DNA from: Bugula neritina
Taxonomy: Eukaryota; Animalia; Bryozoa
Assembly (NCBI GenBank): GCA_964035545.1
Contig: OZ037766.1
Span: 31,672,773-31,736,772 of the forward strand
Direction of reading: 5' to 3'
Length of the DNA: 64,000 nucleotides
The notes beneath the pieces were generated by a model that saw only the letters and a program-made list of their open reading frames with translations, searched no databases and had not been told where the DNA came from. The translations under genes were made by a program, and so were the position numbers. Shown here piece by piece: positions 37,604-64,000 of the stretch. Every line of letters begins with the position of its first letter. Position 1 is the stretch's first letter.

Positions 37604-40600
37604 TGCGTGTGTGTGTGTGCGTGCGTGTGTGTGTGTGCGTGCGTGTGTGCGTGCGTGTGTGCGTGCGTGTGTTTGGGTGACACGACATTTCACAAATGTC
37701 AATTCAAAAACACCTATTTCGAAAAAGACAATTCCCAAATTGACAATTCCCAAATTGAAAAATAATAAATTGACTTTTAGAAAAAAGACATTTCTAAAAT
37801 GACATTTCACAAATGATACGGCCCAGTCGGGTGTGAGCTCGACCGGGTCGAGAATAAGTTAATATAAACTTGGGCAATTGCAGATTAGGACTGCTTGGTA
37901 GCTAACATTTCATAAGTTAAAACTGAAAAGTAAGAAGAAAATGGAATACGGTTAATAAAATTAAATAACATATAATGTACATAGTAACATCACGCAATAA
38001 TACAAGTATAAAAGTAAAAGTAAATAAGTAGTAATTATTTCAACTTGAACTTGACAAGATTTAAAGCTTTCAGCAACAAATATAAACCCGTATGAGTTAG
38101 GCTATCACGGAAGTAATGTTAGCTACCAAGCAGTCCTAATCTGCAATTGCCCAAGTTTATATTAACTTATTCTCGACCCGGTCGAGCTCACACCCGACTG
38201 GGCCGTATCATTTGTGAAATGTCATTTTTAGAAATGTCTTTTTTCTAAAAGTCAATTTATTAATTGTCAATTTGAGAATTGTCAATTTGGGAATTGTCTT
38301 TTTCGAAATAGGTGTTTTTGAATTGTCATTTGTGAAATGTCGCGGATTCGTGTGTTTGTGTACATATCTGGTTGAATCAACACCGTAATGCTAACTGTTT
38401 GCAGGAGAAAAAAACTACATCAACGAAAGCGTATCAACATTCCAACCAATCACAATTGCTGATTTATTTAGTTGGTCTTACCAAATAGCAAGAGGGATGG
38501 AGTATTTGGCTAGTATCAATGTGAGTTCTACAAACCAAATAACTTTTCAACTGAATTCAATATGATTAACTTGAAACAGCAAAACACTTCCGATTTTAAA
38601 TCAGATATGAATGCTCAGTATATAGTTCAATAAATAATACATGAGTTTCCTACCTATGTAAAATTTTTAGACGCGTTTTAAACGAAATTTTGTAGAAATT
38701 TTTAAAACTGTATTTTTGGTTTGCCTGAATAAGCGACTTAAATGAATTCTTGTAGTACCTTCACGGAAGCTTTTAGCGTGGGGCTATAGTACTGGTATTG
38801 TAGATTAGTCTTTGTTCTATTTACTGCTGTGTATTGTAGTATATCCACAGAGATTTGGCTGCCAGAAATGTGCTCTTAGCTGACAACAATATTGTTAAGA
38901 TCTGTGACTTTGGATTGTCAAAGAATGTCTATAAATATCAGGAATATCATAAACAATCACAGGTCTGTCAATAAAATCAATTGTCTTTGGAGGAAAGATA
39001 ACTCCTACACAAAAAGCTATTTGCTTATAAAACCATATATTTATTAAAGAAAAAGTGGTTTCGATTCATTAAACTCATATATTATGGTTATCACTATTAA
39101 TTACTAGTAAGCCAAAGCTTTAACCACTGATACACCTGCATATAATAGAAGGTTGGTAAACTAGCATTTCAAGGGCTAGTGGCATTAGAAAGTTTCTGTA
39201 AGTTGTAGTTTTTACATTACATAATTATAGTATATATTATGTAATCTAAAAACCCGTGCATGCCTTATATTATGCTGTATACCATGTATTTTGAAATTGT
39301 GTTACCTTACTCATGCAGACACGAGTTTTGCATACAAATATAAATAGTCACAGTGACTTTATCTTAAGTTTAATAAAGAAAATTCTACTTTCAACATTTT
39401 TAATAGAGAAATAATATTATTGTACTGATGCTTTTACAGTATTATATAAATTTCATTCACTGACTGATGTATTTTCAATATATATTTGCAATTTGCTCTT
39501 AACTGTCCTTTACTATGTAGTGTTCACTACTCTACTCTACAAAGTAATAGACTGGTTGCTGCCCTTTATTATGTAGTGTTCACTACTCTACTTGTTCACT
39601 ACTCTACTCTACAAAGTAATAGAATAATTGCTGCCCTTTATATGTAGGGTCCACTACCGATAAAATGGATGGCACTAGAGTCTCTAACACACAAAGTGTT
39701 TAATGTAAGAACAGATGTGTGGGCTTATGGAGTCACAGTGTGGGAGTTATTTTCTCTAGCTGCTACACCGTATCCTGGCTGGGAAATAGATGACGCATTT
39801 ATTAAACGATTACTAGATGGGTACAGAATGAGTAGACCTTCCTTGTGCCCTATGACAATGTGAGTGTGTTTTGCTTTAACTCTGTAAATGGGTTTAGCCT
39901 GGTGTGCAATGTGTCTTGTTTTAATAACTCAAATATATCCACCATTTTGTTAGTCCTAACTACCGCTAGCTGCTGATTGCAGATATAAGAACGTTCTCTG
40001 CAAATGCTGGAATGCGGATCCAATGAAGAGACCCAGCTTTGTCACCTTGGCTGAGATGATGAGCGAGAAAATGGACAAGTCACTGGTGGAGGTAAGACAA
40101 TTCTCCGTGACCTTTCAGTCAGCAATTGACCTGCAGTCTTGATATTGGCAAAGAAGTAGTTCCTTCTAGTTTCTGTATTTTGAGTACAAAGCAATCGACT
40201 TGGGCTGCCATTTTCATTCTACATTGTTATTTTACATATTCCAATAATTATATTGCTGGGCTTGTAATTTTGTGAACTTAATTAGGTGAAACTTTTTACA
40301 GTTTCACTGCTATGAACTGTTATATAATGCTTTGTCAATTTATTTGTCACATGCTAGATGAGTTATATTTTAGCCCTGTTACAGCATTACATCATGTGTT
40401 AGATCAGTTATATCATATTAACCCTATTACAGCATTACATCATGTGTTAGATCAGTTATATCATATTAGTCCTTTTACAGCATTTGGAAACTCTGGAGCG
40501 GCCCTATTTGGCGAAAAAAGATTTTGGAAGGCAGAAGAGCTCTGCAGTGAACTCTAGTAAAACTGTGGACATTGATGTCTACAATCCAATGTACAGAGAA

Positions 40601-41657
40601 ATTACAGAAAGATATGCTGCCTCACAGCAATCATGCTCTACAGATCATGGCAAAGTGACGTCTGAATTTGTAACACCTTCTGCCCAGGTTGGTTTACATC
40701 TGGTAACCAAACTTGGATCTTACAATATAATCCAGTCTACTTGCCATTTTACAGTACAGTAGAGTATAGTAGGAGTTTTATGGTACAGCAGAGTATAGTA
40801 GGAATTTTACAGTACAGCAGAGTATAGTAGGAGTTTTACAGTACAGCAGAGTATAGTAAGAACTTCTTGAAAATGTGAAAACATTGCTGCTGGTGAATAA
40901 CTGCTTTAAACCAAAAAACAAGGAACGTTCTTTTAAATTTTTGAGTTTGTGTCCAAAAAAGCATTTAGATAAATTACTGAGAAAGCAATTTTTAACAGTT
41001 TCATAATTTTATGACAACATTGTGGCTAAACAACACTTCTTATGCCAACAGCTTGCAGATGTACACGATTAGAAATTTGTCACATAGAACCATACATTAA
41101 TTCTTCTTATAGTCTAGGTCTTGCCTTATGGAATTGAATAAAGTATGCTGTTTTTTTTGTGTGGAGAAATGTTGCAATAACTATGTAGTTTTGTTTCACA
41201 GACAGAGGTTGTGGATTCCCTCCATCACCAGAATACAGAACTATCTGCAGAGAGACAGAATCTCCCAAAGTTTACAAAAAGAAAAAACTATGCTCACGCA
41301 GCTAATAAGAATTCACTAAATAATACAAACTTATCTGGTCCACCTAGCTACGGCTGTGTGGTAGATGAAAGAGAAGACAACTCAACACTTGAGCGTTTGC
41401 TTGCTAACGAGGACTGCAGCTCAACTCTAGACTCTAGTAACCATGGAAACCTGCCAAACAATAATGAATCAGGATGTGGTGAACAAAACTCTCACGAGAC
41501 CAGAAGAGGTGCTAGTACAGTACCTCCACTGTGTCTGCTGCCCAGGACCTCCGGCAGCAGTGTTGAGACATGTCTGGTGTCTGACCTAAGTCCCCATGAC
41601 AAGAATGTCTCTATGAACAATAACGTGTTCTCAGTTGCATACGACACTTGCGTGTAG
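25463..41657 (+). CDS. Pvr: Gene C: complete PDGF/VEGF receptor-family tyrosine kinase (SP, 7 Ig, TM, split kinase, tail), 25 coding exons
   Basis: Exons 25463-25487, 28392-28579, 29270-29477, 29770-29924, 30274-30412, 30592-30764, 31086-31266, 31674-31833, 32432-32574, 32815-33040, 33286-33443, 33658-33853, 34361-34482, 34784-34961, 35220-35332, 35802-35929 (TM), 36401-36626, 36901-37020, 37294-37428, 38405-38520, 38840-38962, 39648-39859, 39983-40091, 40481-40687, 41202-41657. Cys-less D4 and D7 [10 protein letters not shown] motif as in VEGFRs. [11 protein letters not shown]. Ends YDTCV*. AATAAA at 42392. Confidence 0.95.
35328..35579 (+). repeat. 29-bp repeat x~9 spanning the D7b donor (cacag|gtgattgtagtcatgacactcttg)
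   Basis: Directly visible; the same unit occurs ~2.5 times in gene D at 58793-58865. Confidence 0.92.
37003..37139 (+). repeat. 33-bp repeat x4 spanning a kinase-exon donor, in frame ([11 protein letters not shown])
   Basis: Donors AG|GT after 37020, 37053, 37086 and 37119. Confidence 0.92.
37514..37672. repeat. (GT)n/(GCGT)n microsatellite
   Basis: Directly visible; adjoins the foldback element. Confidence 0.95.
37676..38349. mobile_element. 674-bp non-autonomous foldback / Mutator-like element with ~230-bp TIRs and 9-bp TSD
   Basis: Arm ~37676-37909 is the near-perfect reverse complement of ~38115-38349 (e.g. gatacggcccagtcgggtgtgagctcgaccgggtcgagaataagtt). Flanked by GTGTGTTTG at 37667-37675 and 38350-38358. 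Arms contain short gacattt/gacaatt subrepeats. Confidence 0.88.
40353..40484 (+). repeat. 48-bp repeat x~3 spanning the exon 24 acceptor (ttacag|catt)
   Basis: Acceptor-like AGs ending at 40384, 40432 and 40480. Confidence 0.85.
40748..40858. repeat. 29-bp repeat x~4 (tttacagtacagcagagtatagtaggagt)
   Basis: Directly visible. Confidence 0.85.
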
Positions 41658-42459
41658 CATGCAGTTAAAGTGACTCAGCAACTCAACATACAATGACCTA
41701 CATTTATTTGACATATATTGGTATGTCATGCTACTTATAATGACACCTACACTGACTATCATGTCTATCAGCAAGAACTGCTTCCGCTTTCTGTCATTAG
41801 ATCAGCTATAAATAGCTAAGACTTTCTATATATAGCAAACCACTTGTGAAAAAGAAGTAGAAACAGAATTGCTAGTTTGAAAAGTTAGGTCAGAACTTTT
41901 ATTTTATGTAAATATGACATGCATTATAATTTGACGGGTTTTAGATGGCTACTTTTAATATTTAGTTATATTCTTGCAATCAAATTTACCAAATAGCAGC
42001 AGTTGGTAATCAGAAAATCAATTTTATTCCTTTTTACTTTTTCTATATTGAAAGTAAAGTGAAAAAAAAATTTCATTTTAATTTTTTAGTTTCTCTAAAT
42101 TATCGGTTTTCGCTTACAGATTAGATTAGGAGTTACACAACAAACCTACAGCCGTTCTTCTGTCACTAATTTGTGACGTTTAGCAAAGTATTTAGACTGC
42201 ATAGTGAATTGTAACATATTCATAGTGATACACTCAACTCTAGGTACAGAAAAATCTTTTACCTAAAGTCCTATATTTTTTTGAAACATGGATATTATCT
42301 TGTAATCATTTAGTTATAAGGCATATAATATACATATATTATATCATATTTATTATAACATATTTATATATATTTTACTTTGTTTTTTTTCAATAAACAC
42401 CACTTGATATTGTTCCATCATCAAAATAAAAATAATACAATCTAGAGGAACTGTATTTG

Positions 42460-42548
42460 CTACACAATATTTGATGACATACTACACAATATTTGATGAC
42501 ATACTACACCATATGTAATGATATACTGCGCAATATTTGATGACATAA
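42460..42548. repeat. 22-bp repeat x4 (ctacacaatatttgatgacata)
   Basis: Directly visible; a related unit occurs near 44600. Confidence 0.8.
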
Positions 42549-43723
42549 TGTCAGATCAGAAAATGCATAGGGTTTGGTGTTTTTGCAGAGTAGATACTGT
42601 ACAATAATGTAATACATTTACAGAAAATAATATGCTAGTAATGACTATAGTAGAGTTAACAATTTGAGTAGGCTATGCGTGGTAAATAATTTACCAAGTA
42701 AATGTAATCTGATATAGTGGTGGCAAACTATAATTTAATTCCCAAAAAGTCAGAGTTCTTGGAAAATATGCTGTTCTTGAAACAGTAAATAATTATAGAT
42801 GTATGAGGCCTTCGTTCCTTTTTATGTTTAATTCTTACTTCTGTATTTCACAAGTTATACCTTTAAGATATTCCACCAACTTGCTGAAATGTGGTTCTGC
42901 TGGTGCTGAGGTTTGCCTGCCTCCTTGAGACTTTCAGTGAGATGACTGCTGTGACAGGTTGACGTAATTATAAATTATTATATTTGCTCCGTCACGGTAT
43001 GTAGACTACACTGTATCTACAAAATTCAAGAAAGAATGTGGAATACATAATATTCTGAAAGCAATGGACTTGTTACTTGAGTACAGCTGAAATTGAAATA
43101 TACAAATGAGCTAGGCATGATACTACATGTATGGAGATTGCTTTAAACAAGAAATGTATTTAACATACCAAACGTATGATTTCTAGCTCTTTGAATAATG
43201 CAAATATAATATGCATATGATATTATACAAGTAATTGTGGTATGGGGATAATTCTACGTACATGCTTCGCGTGTTGGGATCTGTAATTTTAACTTCTTCT
43301 TACATGAACATTAATTGGTAAACAAACATGGATAAAACTGGGCTATTTATTCAGTCATATTAACATATGGATGACATTTAATATTAATTATATACTTAAT
43401 AAATTATACAGATTTGATATAATCTGGTGTTTACTTCACTTAAAAAATCTAATATCTACAAAGTCAACACGTGAACAACTAGTACATATTTTTATATATT
43501 ATATAATCTTGCTATAAAAAAACATTTATTCCAGAATATGGGACATGGTAGAAATGATGTTGGTATAACTTATAATCCTTAAAGATCTTTATATGATCAA
43601 AGCCAACAAATTCCTTTACTCTCTTCAAAACTGAAAGCTGCCGGTCAACCAGCAACTTACCTGGTTGATCAATCGAATTAGAGTCGTTGCTAATAATACC
43701 TCAGAAATCCAAAACACCACGAC

Positions 43724-43865
43724 TATAAAAGGCAGCTCAGAGGCAGCAACAGTCGTCAACAATCGGAGAAGTCACAGTGTGTTAAGTTATTTTGTGACGT
43801 AATTTAAAATATATTTGACTGAATTAAATTTAATTAATTTCGGACTGAGGAGTTTCATTGTAAGT
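43724..43865 (+). promoter_or_regulatory. Possible TATA/Inr promoter and non-coding first exon of gene D
   Basis: TATAAAA at 43724-43730, Inr-like aCAGTC ~27 nt downstream, donor catt|GTAAGT at 43860, ~2 kb upstream of the first coding exon. Confidence 0.35.
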
Positions 43866-46425
43866 AACTTGATCTATTTTTTGTGATGTACTGATTCTTT
43901 TTATTAATATTTATTTTTGTTACTGTATAATTTGTACAAATTGGAAAGCTATCATTGAGTTAAGAAATTTATTTTGAAGTCACATAAATCACACTTGAAG
44001 GAATGTTGTTGAAATTGGGAATTTATTTGAGTTACATAAGTTGTGCTTGAGGAAATCCTTTGATCTTTAAAGTTACACCAAATTCATGTTTTACAGGCTT
44101 ATCAATTTTGTTGTCAGTATACTATACACAGCAAGATTTCAAAGGATCGCTAGGATATATTTATTTTATTTCTTTTGGGTTTGGTTATTATAATAATTTT
44201 ACTTGTCTTATAGTTTTTGTCTTCATATTATTATCAAATAGATATTCTAAACATATACAAAATTCATAGTTTCATTCATTTCCAGAGAGGCAGGCCCTAA
44301 ATTTGTCTCACGAAATGTATATCCTGAGTGCTACCATTACACAATACACATAGAACCACACATATTGTTTATACATGAATAATATTGCCAAACCAAACCA
44401 TAAATAAACATTTGTTTATTCTACAGTTGCTGGATTGCACACACTAATTTTAAAAGCAAAATTATCAAGTAAAATTTAAATTATTAATTGTCTCCCCTTG
44501 ATCAATTATTGAGTAAAAATTTATTTTAATAAATAATTTAATATAAATATATATAAATTAAATTTATTATAAAATTATTTTGTTTTTTGTTCGACAATAC
44601 TGCACCATATTTGATGATATGCTACATGCACTATATATACGACATACCACACTGTTTATGATGACACGAGTGTCATGCTGACAATGTGGAAGCTTGTCAT
44701 TACAAAAAATAAAGTTTACATGCAATTTTTTGTCGCTCTAAAATATAATATATAAGCTTGCAGTTGCTTTGAATAAGGATTTGTGTTACCTTGACTATAT
44801 ACTGATGAATATTCCATTATCTTCAGCAGTTGTAGTTGACATTAGTATACCGACTTGTTTAAAGTGCAGCTGTGGTTTACTCTCTTATTGCATATAATAC
44901 AAAAATTTGTGGCTTTGTATAAGGAAGTTTATTACTGACATATAAAGTGTATATATTTTGAAATGAATTAAATGCCTACAGAAGTTAACAAACATGAATA
45001 CCGAATTCTAGTAAATACTAAAACTTTATGTGAAGAGATAAATTTTGGTATTTTGCATCTGTCTGAAGGTTTTTGGTCGCCAATTTACACAAGTATAAAG
45101 TTTAAATAAAACATAATAAAGTCTTAATAGTATTGTTTTAAATTATATAGCACCGGTGTAGCAGCAAAATTTACAAACATTCTAGCTAAACTATTAACTA
45201 TTTATTGTACAAAAGAGCCGTGTTTTGAAACAATTTTTTTAGAAACAAAGTTTAGTAAAAGCTATGAAGTTATTTGCATAATAGTTTAAAAATCTCCAGA
45301 CTGTGTTTTTTATGGTCAAGATGCAAAACTGGATAGAGAAGATAATTGCTGCTTGTGCGTCCTGGTGATAATAATGTATAATGTTGTTTGTAAAGCACCA
45401 ATCAAACTAGCTAAAGAGCATTACATTCAAATAGCTTTTTTATACAATTTTCCATCACAAACAGCCATAATTTATCACAGCATGCTATAACTATAGCCAG
45501 TGTAAAAACACATCTGAAAATCGAGTATATCTGCGTGCAACTTAACATGGCGTATTTTACACCTAGTTAACACACACACATCTAGCACAGGCTACTACTG
45601 CCCAGGTAACTCCAGACAAAGCGGGTGGTTCACTATACCACCTTGTAATTAAAGAGTTCCTATGGTATAAGTCTTTGTTTACAGCTTCTGTTACAGTGAC
45701 AGTGTGATTGTTTATAGAGAACTGGTGCTGGTATTATCATCAGATACCAGCATATGCTGTGTAAGTCACGGTTTGCTGAACTGATACTATAGTAAAGTAG
45801 AGGTGACACTCTAACATACAGCTAGTTGCTGAGAAGGAGTAGGTGTGTGCAACTATAGACTGACTTCATTTTCAATCTGTCTGTTTTGGTGGTTGGAGGC
45901 AAAATGCGATCTCAAGGAAGTATAGTTATAGTTATTGGTAAGTACTTCTACTAATCATTTATAGTTATAGTTATAGTTAATAATCATTTATAGTTATACT
46001 TATAGTTATCAGGTAGTCCCCAATGGAAGATTAAAGGGAATAGTAATTAAATTTGCGTTTCATTAATACAGATTTTTGCTGTAAATTAAATAGAAATGCT
46101 GACATATTATATAATATATAGTACATAGACTTAGTACACTTACTTAACTATAGAAAATGACCTCAAATATTATTTTACATATTATATATCTGTAGCCTAT
46201 ACCAATTTCTGTTATCAGTGACAGTGTGATTGTTTATAGAGAACTGGTGCTGGTATTATCATCAGATACCAGCATATGCTGTGTAAGTCACGGTTTGCTG
46301 AACTGATACTATAGCAAAGTAGAGGTGACACTCTAACATACAGCTAGTTGCTGAGAAGGAGTAGGTGTGTGCAACTATAGACTGACTTCATTTTCAATCT
46401 GTCTGTTTTGGTGGTTGGAGGCAAA

Positions 46426-63908
<17,483 letters not shown>

Positions 63909-64000
63909 GTCAGAGTTCACTCTATACAGATCTTTCTGGTATTTACTAAACATACACTAGTTGTAGAGAAAGTAAACTGCATTGACTTTCTTTGTTGAAG

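Noticed and set aside
37472-37810. THAR/CVCV ORFs
   Set aside because: GT/GCGT microsatellite plus MITE arm.

Overview
AT-rich, intron-rich animal (invertebrate-type) DNA containing a head-to-tail, all + strand tandem cluster of PDGF/VEGF-receptor-family (Pvr/VEGFR-like) genes, reconstructed by hand from GT-AG splice sites. Gene A (28-6388) is the 3' half of a receptor: juxtamembrane, split kinase and tail, with up to three candidate terminal exons. Gene B head (7574-11627) is signal peptide + Ig D1-D2-D5 followed by a decayed D6 remnant. Gene B' (13056-20845) is an intact chimeric, kinase-less receptor: a recent copy of gene C's D1-D3 joined in frame to a B-type D6-D7-TM with a short tail and stop. 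Gene C (25463-41657) is a complete 25-exon receptor with 7 Ig domains and split kinase. Gene D (45904/46426 to beyond 64000) is a second full receptor missing only its last exon. The cluster shows phase-1 Ig-domain shuffling, patchy gene conversion, intronic tandem repeats that copy splice junctions, two TSD-flanked MITEs and a LINE scrap. The best candidate for an undescribed system is a paired signalling receptor (C) and membrane-anchored decoy (B'), with two alternative ectodomain heads able to share one D6-D7-TM tail. Most ORFs in the supplied track are single exons or repeat artefacts. Organism and expression cannot be determined from sequence alone.
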